Shown here: one piece after another, positions 7,203 through 14,607 of the stretch
How positions within the stretch are numbered: the stretch's first letter is position 1
Layout: each line of letters begins with the position of its first letter
From: a virus
Lineage: Duplodnaviria > Heunggongvirae > Uroviricota > Caudoviricetes
IMG/VR virus record: IMGVR_UViG_3300009174_000004
Span: 31,778 to 95,777 of that record
DNA length: 64,000 nucleotides
Direction: 5' to 3' (one strand)
The notes under the pieces: model-generated
What the model was told of the DNA's origin: nothing
Database searches by the model: none
The model's input: the letters and a program-made list of their open reading frames with translations, nothing else
Translations under genes and position numbers: made by a program

Positions 7203-7450
7203 GTCGATCCGTACCAGCTTGTGCAATCGAACTCGCAGTCCTCGATGATCAGGCAATTATCCCAGTCGAGATCTGCAACATGCTCCGAACCAAGCTCCTC
7301 AGCAACAATGCGCTCAGCAAACTCCCGAGGAGTTTCGTTGAACGGGGAGCCAAGCTCGAACCCTTCACGTTCGCCATCCACGTATATGGCGTGGCCGCAA
7401 CAACCGGTGTCGCAGCCGTACCGCTCGTGGTACACGACGACCTTCGTCAT
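7193..7450 (-). CDS. hypothetical Cys-rich protein (85 aa)
   Basis: Translation MTKVVVYHERYGCDTGCCGHAIYVDGEREGF... The 3' end overlaps the 5' end of the CTA tRNA by ~10 nt. Confidence 0.4.
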   Translation of the reverse strand: MTKVVVYHERYGCDTGCCGHAIYVDGEREGFELGSPFNETPREFAERIVAEELGSEHVADLDWDNCLIIEDCEFDCTSWYGSTIA

Positions 7451-7527
7451 GTTCCCTCCCCTCTTAGCTAAGGGATGGAGCCGGCGGGGGAGGGGTTACC
7501 TGTCCCCTAGGCTTCCCCACGCCGACG

Positions 7528-7600
7528 TGGACCTACCCGGACTCGAACCGGGAACCTCCTGTCTGCCAGACAGGTGCTCAACCAATTGAGCTATAAGCCC
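7528..7600 (-). tRNA. tRNA-Ala (anticodon GGC)
   Basis: Acceptor GGGCTTA/TAGGTCC with G3:U70. Perfect anticodon arm CCTGT-CTGGCAG-ACAGG. T arm CCCGG-TTCGAGT-CCGGG. Confidence 0.6.
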
Positions 7601-7762
7601 GCGTTCCCCGAAAGTATTGATACCAACGGCTTCAAGCCTGTGATCTCCACCGTGGCCAGGAGAACACCCAGTCGCGACTAGATGACTCCACTACCTTCGA
7701 GGTCGCCGCGAGGTCAGGGGATTGGGCTGATCATTCCCAACCCGAAGGCGCCTGCCTCAGTG

Positions 7763-7834
7763 TGGATCGAACCGGATTTGAACCGGCATCTCCCGCCCCA
7801 AATGCGGGGCTCTGCTCTCTTGAGCTACCAACCC
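7763..7834 (-). tRNA. tRNA with anticodon TTG (Gln by anticodon) but a G3:U70-bearing acceptor stem
   Basis: Acceptor GGGTTGG/TCGATCC (three G-U pairs including 3:70) with discriminator A. Perfect anticodon arm CCCGC-ATTTGGG-GCGGG. T arm GCCGG-TTCAAAT-CCGGT. Confidence 0.45.
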
Positions 7835-7946
7835 AGGCGACATACAGGACCCGGATACCGCCCTCGCTGACTATGGACCCCACCTCGCGATTCCATCCAC
7901 GGGAAGGAGGTTCGGACTCAGCAGTGCGTATGTCAGACACATGCCC

Positions 7947-8022
7947 GTCGGGACGGTCGGATTTGAACCGACGACCCCCTGGTCCCAAACCAGGTGCGCT
8001 AGACCAGACTGCGCTACGTCCC
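7947..8022 (-). tRNA. tRNA-Pro (anticodon TGG)
   Basis: Perfect acceptor CGGGACG/CGTCCCG. D arm GCGC..GCGC. Anticodon arm CCTGG-TTTGGGA-CCAGG. T arm GTCGG-TTCAAAT-CCGAC. Confidence 0.65.
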
Positions 8023-8194
8023 GTAAGTCCTAGCCTTGGTTCTGTGCTGCTCCATCTCGTCCATCTCCGGAACCCTGCTTACGCATTGTCGCCAGTGTCG
8101 GTATCTGGTATCGCATCTCGTCCCAAGGCTAGGACGTATACATGCTGTCCACTGTGGAGTTCTCAAATCACAGGTCCTCAGTTCCCCGAGGAAG

Positions 8195-8266
8195 CGCCGA
8201 TGCAAGGATTCGAACCCTGTCCGACCGGGTTGGAGCCGGTCATGCTTACCGTTACACCACATCGAC
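8195..8266 (-). tRNA. tRNA-Trp (anticodon CCA)
   Basis: Acceptor GTCGATG/CATCGGC. Perfect anticodon arm ACCGG-CTCCAAC-CCGGT. T arm CAGGG-TTCGAAT-CCTTG. Confidence 0.6.
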
Positions 8267-8585
8267 AATGTTCAGTTAGAAAGAACCGCCCCCAGGGGCG
8301 TGGTTCCTGAGGGCGGCTTAGGGATCTTGGATCCCCCTTACCTGACCCTAGGCCGACCAGCGAACCGATTCCAGGTCGCCATGGACGTGGCGCATCGCGG
8401 CAGGTGCTGCCGCTTTGTCCCACTGGTCCACAACATCCCTGTTCCCCTAGATCTATCGCCTTGCTCCTGAGCTTAGGGCCGGGGCCCCGGGTTGACAACC
8501 TTGAACATTGGGGCCTGGCTGCGAGCTTCTGTGTGACACCTAGAACTGTACCCGTACATCAGGGTGGTGTCAATCCCCATTTTGC

Positions 8586-8627
8586 GGGGGAGAGGATCCT
8601 GGTCTCACCAACAAGATCCTCTCCCCC
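8586..8627. other. Perfect 13-bp hairpin GGGGGAGAGGATC...GATCCTCTCCCCC (16-nt loop) inside a ~400-bp non-coding gap
   Basis: Read directly. A T-run lies immediately 5' on the plus strand. No canonical U-tract follows on either strand. Confidence 0.45.
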
Positions 8628-8663
8628 GTCCCCTCGTCGCCCCCTACGGTGACAAGGTCGAAG

Positions 8664-9005
8664 CTACACCCCCATGTGCGGGTGGTCAAGGCCTTGGCTG
8701 CCTCCCTTTTCCTTCTCCGGGTGCCCTGGCTTGATCACGTAGGTATCGACCAGCGTGTAGTAGATCGCGTGGACGACGTTGCGGGCCATCATCTGCTCAC
8801 CCAGCAGGCTCCACTTGTAGGTGCCATCCGAGTCGGTGGTCAGGCTCAGCCGCTCCTCGGCGTTACCCAGCGCTGTTAGCAGGGTGTAGGCCAGGCCAGC
8901 CTTGGGATCCCCGTTGCGGCCAGGCAGGAACCGGTGCAGCGCCCGGCCTACCTCAGCGATCATCTCCTCGTACTGACCCGGCAGCAGGGCCTTGGGGTCG
9001 CGCAT
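8664..9005 (-). CDS. hypothetical protein (113 aa), translationally coupled to the upstream beta-helix gene
   Basis: Internal Met start gives ATGCGCGACCCC, overlapping the upstream TAG by one nt. Translation MRDPKALLPGQYEEMIAEVGRALHRF... Confidence 0.4.
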   Translation of the reverse strand: MRDPKALLPGQYEEMIAEVGRALHRFLPGRNGDPKAGLAYTLLTALGNAEERLSLTTDSDGTYKWSLLGEQMMARNVVHAIYYTLVDTYVIKPGHPEKEKGGSQGLDHPHMGV

Positions 9006-9006
9006 G

Positions 9007-10206
9007 CTACGCCGGAGCAAGGATCGCTCCGTCGCTGTCCCGGACGTTGCCGAACCAGGCAGAGGTATGCGGGGATCCGCACGAGTTGGCATAGCCAAAC
9101 TCGAATGGGCCGAACCTGTTGTTAGTCACTCGTGTATCCGAGGTGCCCTGCCTGGGGCAGTACAGGGTGTAGGTACCCCATGCCAGTAGGTTCTCGGTGA
9201 TCTGCACGCGCTGCTGCTGCGGGTTGCCCTCGTTCCAACTGATGATGGCCGAGGTGGCGCCGTTGCCCGGACCCACGTTGATCGTGTTGTGCCGGAAGGT
9301 GATGTCCGTGGCTCCCTGGTTGAACTGGGCTCCGTCGGTGTGGGCGCCGTTGGCCGTGACCATGTTGTGGATCCAGGAGTCCTGGACCAGGACGCTGCCG
9401 GAGATGCTGAGCCCGTTCTCACAGTCGTGGATGTCCACGTGGGTCAAGCTGATGCTGGACTCGACGAACGCGGTGCCGTTGAACCCGCCGCAGGTGGCCT
9501 CGCTGTCGAAGACCTGCAGGTTGGTGCTGAAGTTGCGCACCGCGTAGAAGCAGCCGTTGCCGTTGAACAGCACGTTCCGGAACGTGATGTTGGCGCCTCG
9601 CACCTCGACGCAGCCGTTGATTCTGGTGTTGGCCACCGTCTGTCCTGGCGTGGAGAAGGTCTGGTTTCCGTTCAAGATCACCAGCGGTGGTGACGTAGGA
9701 CCAGTGCTTGCTGCGTCAGGGAAGCCGCAGGCGCCTGGGTTGTTGATGCAGCCGTTCTGGGTGGACGTTGGCCTTGGTGTCGTAGGAGTAGAAGTAGGGG
9801 TAGAAGTCGGCGTTGGGGGTCGCGTGGTGGTGGGCGACGGGGATGGGGTCACCGTGGGGCTGGTGCTGCTGCTGGCTGTGGCGCTCGGACTGGCCGTGGC
9901 ACTTGGGGTGCTGGTGGCGCTCGCGCTGGCAGTTGGGCTGATGCTCGGGCTGCCGGTGGGGCTTGGGGATGGTGCAGCTACCAGTCCAGTGAGCGTGCAC
10001 TGGAAGACGTACGTTCCGTTGGCGCCTGGGGTGAGGTCCCCGCAGGAGACGCCTGGTTGCGGTGCTACGACCACCTGCTGGGCGCTCGGCGCAGCCGCAA
10101 ACGCTCCCGACACACCGAGCACGGCGTAGACCAGCGCCACCGTGACGGCCGTGATGAGGAGCGACTCTTGACTTAACCGGGACCACAGGTTCCTGTTCTC
10201 AGTCAT
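9007..10206 (-). CDS. signal-anchored Pro/Thr/Ser-linker protein with a right-handed parallel beta-helix (pectate-lyase-like) domain
   Basis: The N-terminal hydrophobic segment LLITAVTVALVYAVLGVSGAFAAAP is followed by a long PT/S-rich linker. The C-terminal part has repeating N-x-x-x-N/G beta-helix rungs (RNVLFNGNGCFYAVRNF, HNTINVGPGNGATSAII, NNRFGPFEFGYANS). Confidence 0.55.
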   Translation of the reverse strand: MTENRNLWSRLSQESLLITAVTVALVYAVLGVSGAFAAAPSAQQVVVAPQPGVSCGDLTPGANGTYVFQCTLTGLVAAPSPSPTGSPSISPTASASATSTPSATASPSATASSSTSPTVTPSPSPTTTRPPTPTSTPTSTPTTPRPTSTQNGCINNPGACGFPDAASTGPTSPPLVILNGNQTFSTPGQTVANTRINGCVEVRGANITFRNVLFNGNGCFYAVRNFSTNLQVFDSEATCGGFNGTAFVESSISLTHVDIHDCENGLSISGSVLVQDSWIHNMVTANGAHTDGAQFNQGATDITFRHNTINVGPGNGATSAIISWNEGNPQQQRVQITENLLAWGTYTLYCPRQGTSDTRVTNNRFGPFEFGYANSCGSPHTSAWFGNVRDSDGAILAPA

Positions 10207-10265
10207 GGCCTCATAGAACCACAGCTTCTCTTCACCCGCACGTGGGGGTGAGGTAGGCTTGCTGT

Positions 10266-10649
10266 GTGATCGACTGGTACGGACGGGTGGCCGTCCTCAA
10301 CAAGCCGACCGAGGATGGGCGGGTGCTGACCGAGCAGTTGCAGGTGCGCCAGGGTGCCCCGGTCGTGGCTACGCTCCTGTTTGAGTCAGGACCGCGCCTT
10401 GTAGGCCACGTTCGAAGCATCTCCCCGCACCAGCCTGAGGCAGGCCGTCCTAGCTCAGTGAGGGCCCGACTACGGCTGAACGTGCAGTTGCTGGCTGCCC
10501 TGGAGAATCGGGGCCAGAACCTCTATCCGGAGATTGATCTAGACCTGGACCTCAAGACGATCGTGGCAGTTACCCTCGGCATCCGACCCTGCTGGCCCGA
10601 GGTGGACGCAGTCCTGCTCATAACAGAGGAGGAGCAGCATGACCGTTGA
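10266..10649 (+). CDS. hypothetical protein (GTG start), first gene of the rightward block
   Basis: ORF track. Divergent from the beta-helix gene with a 59-bp gap. Its stop overlaps the next start. Confidence 0.4.
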   Translation: MIDWYGRVAVLNKPTEDGRVLTEQLQVRQGAPVVATLLFESGPRLVGHVRSISPHQPEAGRPSSVRARLRLNVQLLAALENRGQNLYPEIDLDLDLKTIVAVTLGIRPCWPEVDAVLLITEEEQHDR

Positions 10650-11152
10650 CCCAGAACCCGTTGACCCAGAACAGAGGAACGTCAGGCTGGTCCTTGGTCA
10701 CCGGAAGCAGGACCTGGAATCGGCCAGCAGCCATCTGGGACCGGCTCGACAGCCTGCTCGCCGAGCACGGACCGCAGGGCCGCTGTCTGATCATCATCAA
10801 CGGCATGGCCAAGAAGGGTGTCGATCTGTTCGCCCACGTCTGGACAGGGGAGCAGCACCAGATCAACCCGATGGCCGTCAAGGAGTGGCCCTTCCCTGTC
10901 TCGACCGCTGACTGGGCCAGGCTCGGACGCCGGGCCGGGCACATGCGCAACGACGAGATGGCCCGACTCGGTGCCGATTACTGCCTGGCCTGGATTCAGC
11001 AGTGCCTCAAAGAGGACTGCCGACGCCCCGGGGTTCATGGGACCCACGGGGCGTCTGACTGTGTTGCACGAGCCCGGACCTACGGCGTGCCCAACATCGA
11101 GTTAGTCGAGTCGTGGACGGAGATAGCAGTCCCAGACCCGAACCTCCTTTAG
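10646..11152 (+). CDS. DUF2493 / SLOG-family (YspA-like) protein
   Basis: Motifs WSLVTGSRTW ... CLIIINGMAKKGVDLFAHVW ... TADWARLGRRAGHMRNDEMARLGADYCLAWI ... THGASDCVARARTYGVP match the GxAxGxD...ADW...AGxxRNxxM...DxxLAF pattern of the phage DUF2493 family. Confidence 0.65.
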   Translation: MTQNPLTQNRGTSGWSLVTGSRTWNRPAAIWDRLDSLLAEHGPQGRCLIIINGMAKKGVDLFAHVWTGEQHQINPMAVKEWPFPVSTADWARLGRRAGHMRNDEMARLGADYCLAWIQQCLKEDCRRPGVHGTHGASDCVARARTYGVPNIELVESWTEIAVPDPNLL

Positions 11153-11560
11153 CTGTTCGAAGTAGCCGGTCCAGGGCACGTAGTACTGGGTGCTGTTGTA
11201 CTCGAACTCGAAGTCACGCTTTGGGACAGCTTCGGCGGCCCGAGCAAGACCCATGGCGTGCTCGAAGGACTTAGTCACCGTCAGGATGTGGAAGTACCCG
11301 GCTGAGGTCCCGAAGGTTGACCCGCTGGTGTAGTCAGCCACGACAACGAAGACTGTCTCTTCCTCCACGGCCTCGCAGTCGAACACCACCGGCATGTGTC
11401 CGCGCCCGTAGAAGGTGTAATCAGCGTCCGCCCCGGCCGTGGTAACTCGGGCCTCGACGCCAGTGACGCGCCCGTCCTGACAGCCGGCATCCCACCTGTC
11501 CGTGGGGTCAGGCATCCTGACCCACCAGGTTTCTGTCTCGACGAGCACCTCAATTGCCAC
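11102..11560 (-). CDS. hypothetical protein (152 aa) convergent with the SLOG gene
   Basis: ORF with a non-repetitive, globular-like composition. The 3' ends overlap by 51 nt. Confidence 0.4.
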   Translation of the reverse strand: MAIEVLVETETWWVRMPDPTDRWDAGCQDGRVTGVEARVTTAGADADYTFYGRGHMPVVFDCEAVEEETVFVVVADYTSGSTFGTSAGYFHILTVTKSFEHAMGLARAAEAVPKRDFEFEYNSTQYYVPWTGYFEQLKEVRVWDCYLRPRLD

Positions 11561-11639
11561 GTTCTCGATTCTACCACCCCTATGTACGGGTCGTAATTCA
11601 AAATTCGAGTAGGTATTCTTCTAATCAGATCTTGCCCTC

Positions 11640-11645
11640 TATGAT
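11640..11645 (+). promoter_or_regulatory. candidate -10 element (TATGAT) for a leaderless late-operon transcript; sits in a locally AT-rich 90-bp island
   Basis: TATGAT lies 6 nt upstream of the ATG at 11652. The 11561-11651 gap is markedly AT-rich relative to the genome. No convincing -35 element. Confidence 0.25.
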
Positions 11646-11651
11646 CGGGGC

Positions 11652-11951
11652 ATGATATGGGCCTCCTTGCTCCTTGTCACCCTGGCCGTCGCCAGGATTA
11701 CGAGGCTGGTAACGACGGACCGCATCATGGTGAGCTTTCGCCGTTGGGTCGTGAATCGTTGGGGCGAGGAATCTGAGGCCGCCTATCTAGCTCATTGCCG
11801 GTGGTGCGCCAGTATCTGGATTGCAGTGCCGGCTGCTGTTGGTTGGGCAATGCTCACTCTTCCTCTTCACCTGTGGTGGCTGGCTGGGCCAGCCTGGTTG
11901 GCTATGTCTCACGTGACTGGCCTGCTGTCCAGACTGGAGGAGCAGGACTAG
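11652..11951 (+). CDS. small membrane protein with an HCRWCASIW motif (possibly DUF1360-like)
   Basis: Two or three hydrophobic helices. The stop abuts the portal start. Confidence 0.45.
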   Translation: MIWASLLLVTLAVARITRLVTTDRIMVSFRRWVVNRWGEESEAAYLAHCRWCASIWIAVPAAVGWAMLTLPLHLWWLAGPAWLAMSHVTGLLSRLEEQD

Positions 11952-13895
11952 ATGGCTTGGAAGAGGAGCAACAACGCGCTGGCCGTTGTCTCAGATACCC
12001 CAGCGCCCGCCCGTCGTTCCCTACTCGCCAGCGCAATGCACATGAGAATGGACCAACAGTCCTACAACTCATGGCGCTTCAATGACGAAACGTGGCAGCG
12101 GGAGCTATGGCGCCTGTACGACATCGTCCCCGAGTTCGGCTTTGCTGCCCGATGGGTGGGGCACTGCTGCTCGCGCGTCCGCATTTACGTAGCGAAGGTT
12201 GATGACCTCGGCCGAGTTCAAGGTGAAGCAAAACAGGCCAAGATCACGGCCCTGAGCGATTCCCTTTTCGGTGGCCCTGCTTCCAAGGCTGAGGCGCTAC
12301 GGAACATGGGCATTGACCTGACCGTGGCCGGTGAGTGCTACATCGTCGGCCGCCCCGGTGACGACGACGATCAGGACGAGTGGTACGTCCTGTCTTCATC
12401 GGAGATGCGACGAATTCGCGGCGCCAACGGGGAGTGGAACTGGGGCTGGTGTGGGCCCGGACAGCCCATGAAGATCGACCTTACCCGGAACTTAGTCACC
12501 CGGGTTTGGACCCCGCACCCCCAGCGGGTCTGGTGCGCCGACGCTCCCTCCAGGTCCTGTCAGCCCACGCTGCGGCTGCTGGAGCAGTTAAACAAGTACA
12601 TCTTCTCGCAAATAGACTCTCGCCTCGTCGGTGCCGGCCTGTTGATCATGCCTAACAACGTGGACCTGCCCGACGACCCGAACCTCAGTGCCGGCGAGTC
12701 GCTGATGCAGCGGATGGCCACCGCCGGTGCCGCCAGCCTGCGAGGCGAAGGATCTGCCCTGGGCGTCCTTCCCATGATCATTGAGTCGGAGAATGCCGAA
12801 GGCTGGAAGCTTCTCAGTTTCGAGTCTGAGCTTTCCAAGCAGGCCATCGAGCTTCGTAAAGAGGCCGTCGAGCGCCTGGGTGTCGGCATGGACATGCCCC
12901 CCGAGGTCCTTACGGGGCTAGGCGACGCCAACCACTGGCAGGGCTACCTGGTCGATGGTCAAGGCATCAAGGTTCACATCGAACCGTTGATGACAAGGAT
13001 CTGCGACGCCCTCACCAAGGCCTATCTGAAGCCCGCCCTCAAGCTCATGGGCGAGGACCCGAAGCGCTTCACCTACGCCTACGACACCAGCCCCCTGGTC
13101 GTACGACCCCAGCGCCTGCAGGATGCGCTGAACCTGTACGAGAAGGGCGCCATCAGCCTGCAGGCCCTGCGTGAGGCCGGGTACTTCAAGGAGTCGGACG
13201 CTCAGACCGAGGACGAGAGCGCCGGGCTGCTGACCAAGGAAGTCCTGCTCCGCGACCCTCAGCTATTCCAGAACGCGGCCGTCCGCCATGCCGCTGGAAT
13301 CCCCGAGAGCGTCATTCCACAGACCTCAATGGTTGCCCCCACGGCCCAAAGCATCAGCATGGGACCCGGAGGGGCTATTGGTGGTGGCGGAGGATCTGGC
13401 CCCCCACCTCCGCCACCACCGCCCACCGGAATCATGGACGAGGGCCCTCAGCCCATCCCTCAGACGCCGATGAATCCGGCCACCCGCGAGTCGCCGGATA
13501 TGGGTCCTCCGCCGAATGGCCTAGCAGCTTCTGCCTGGACCACCCAGGAGATGGGCGTCGTTGTCCTGGCCGAGGCAACGGTGCGCCGAGGGCTGGAGCT
13601 AGCCGGCAAGCGGCTGCTGACCAACCAGAACCGACACCGGTTCCCGGACGTACCTCACATGGAACTGCACACCCGCATCACGGTGCAGGACCAGGCGCAT
13701 GCCAACCGACTGCTCCTTGGCGCCTGGAGCCAGTTGGACGCCATGACCAAGTTCGTGGCCGACGACTTCGACACCGCGCGCCTGCAGCAGAGCCTGACCA
13801 AGTACTGCTCCACCCTGCTCGTTCGAGGCATTGCCCACGACCCACCGAGCCTGCTGGCGGCGCTCCAGCGGGATGGCGTCGTCCATGCCAAGTAA
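11952..13895 (+). CDS. putative portal protein (647 aa) with a C-terminal Gly/Pro-rich tail
   Basis: Size and position immediately upstream of the MuF-like and prohead-protease genes. No Walker A motif, so not a terminase. Poly-Gly/Pro tract GGGGGSGPPPPPPPPTG near the C-terminus. Confidence 0.5.
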   Translation: MAWKRSNNALAVVSDTPAPARRSLLASAMHMRMDQQSYNSWRFNDETWQRELWRLYDIVPEFGFAARWVGHCCSRVRIYVAKVDDLGRVQGEAKQAKITALSDSLFGGPASKAEALRNMGIDLTVAGECYIVGRPGDDDDQDEWYVLSSSEMRRIRGANGEWNWGWCGPGQPMKIDLTRNLVTRVWTPHPQRVWCADAPSRSCQPTLRLLEQLNKYIFSQIDSRLVGAGLLIMPNNVDLPDDPNLSAGESLMQRMATAGAASLRGEGSALGVLPMIIESENAEGWKLLSFESELSKQAIELRKEAVERLGVGMDMPPEVLTGLGDANHWQGYLVDGQGIKVHIEPLMTRICDALTKAYLKPALKLMGEDPKRFTYAYDTSPLVVRPQRLQDALNLYEKGAISLQALREAGYFKESDAQTEDESAGLLTKEVLLRDPQLFQNAAVRHAAGIPESVIPQTSMVAPTAQSISMGPGGAIGGGGGSGPPPPPPPPTGIMDEGPQPIPQTPMNPATRESPDMGPPPNGLAASAWTTQEMGVVVLAEATVRRGLELAGKRLLTNQNRHRFPDVPHMELHTRITVQDQAHANRLLLGAWSQLDAMTKFVADDFDTARLQQSLTKYCSTLLVRGIAHDPPSLLAALQRDGVVHAK

Positions 13896-14607
13896 GGGGG
13901 CTGAGGAGTCGGTGTTCAAGGCTGCGTCTACGGGACTGAAGCGGTGGCTCAACCGCGCCCGTGATGCCGTCATGGCCCCGTTCCGCCAGTTCAAGGCGCA
14001 GCCGAATCCGCAGGCCATCACCGCCACTGTTCCGGCGTGGCAGGCGCAGGTTGACCGGATCATCGCTGCCCTGACCCCGGCGCTGCAGGAGGGCTGGGCC
14101 GGCGCCCATCTTCCTGGCGACTATGACCCGCGTGACCCGTACATCCAGGCGAATCTGGCGCTGACCTACAACCTATTGGTCCGGATCCCAGACGAGGTTC
14201 ACGCCAAGGTGGTGGCCCAGATCCTTGAGGGCACCAACGCCGGGGAGACCGTCGATCAGATCGCTCATCGGGTCGAGCAGGTCCTGACCTACACCGGCAG
14301 CGAGAACTGGGATGGGCGGGCCAGGCTCATCGCCCAGACGGAGACAACTCGTCACGCCGCTAGTTCCATGCTGGCCCATGCCCTACTGGTCGCGAAGCAG
14401 GACAAGCGCTCACTGGAGAAGCGCTGGGACACGATCATGGACGATCGCGAACGCGACGCTCACCGCCACGTGAATGGTCAGACAGTTCCCCTTGGTCAGC
14501 CATTCCTCGTCGAAGGTTTCCCGATGATGCACCCAGGCGACCCTAAGGCGCCGCCGAACCTCGTATGCGGCTGCCGTTGCTCCCTACATATCCAGGAGGT
14601 GGCCTGA
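13873..14607 (+). CDS. MuF-like / SPP1 gp7-family head morphogenesis protein (short form, ~245 aa)
   Basis: C-terminal signature DDRERDAHRHVNGQTVPLGQPF...HPGDPKAPPNLVCGCRCSL matches D-x-R-x-R-x2-H ... P-x-H ... N/G-C-R-C. Start chosen at the Met just past the portal stop. Confidence 0.65.
   Translation: MASSMPSKGAEESVFKAASTGLKRWLNRARDAVMAPFRQFKAQPNPQAITATVPAWQAQVDRIIAALTPALQEGWAGAHLPGDYDPRDPYIQANLALTYNLLVRIPDEVHAKVVAQILEGTNAGETVDQIAHRVEQVLTYTGSENWDGRARLIAQTETTRHAASSMLAHALLVAKQDKRSLEKRWDTIMDDRERDAHRHVNGQTVPLGQPFLVEGFPMMHPGDPKAPPNLVCGCRCSLHIQEVA

Noticed and set aside
8490-8530. TTGACA hexamer at 8497 as a sigma-70-type promoter
   Set aside because: No acceptable -10 element at 16-19 bp spacing and no downstream plus-strand gene. 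Mentioned only as part of the non-coding gap.
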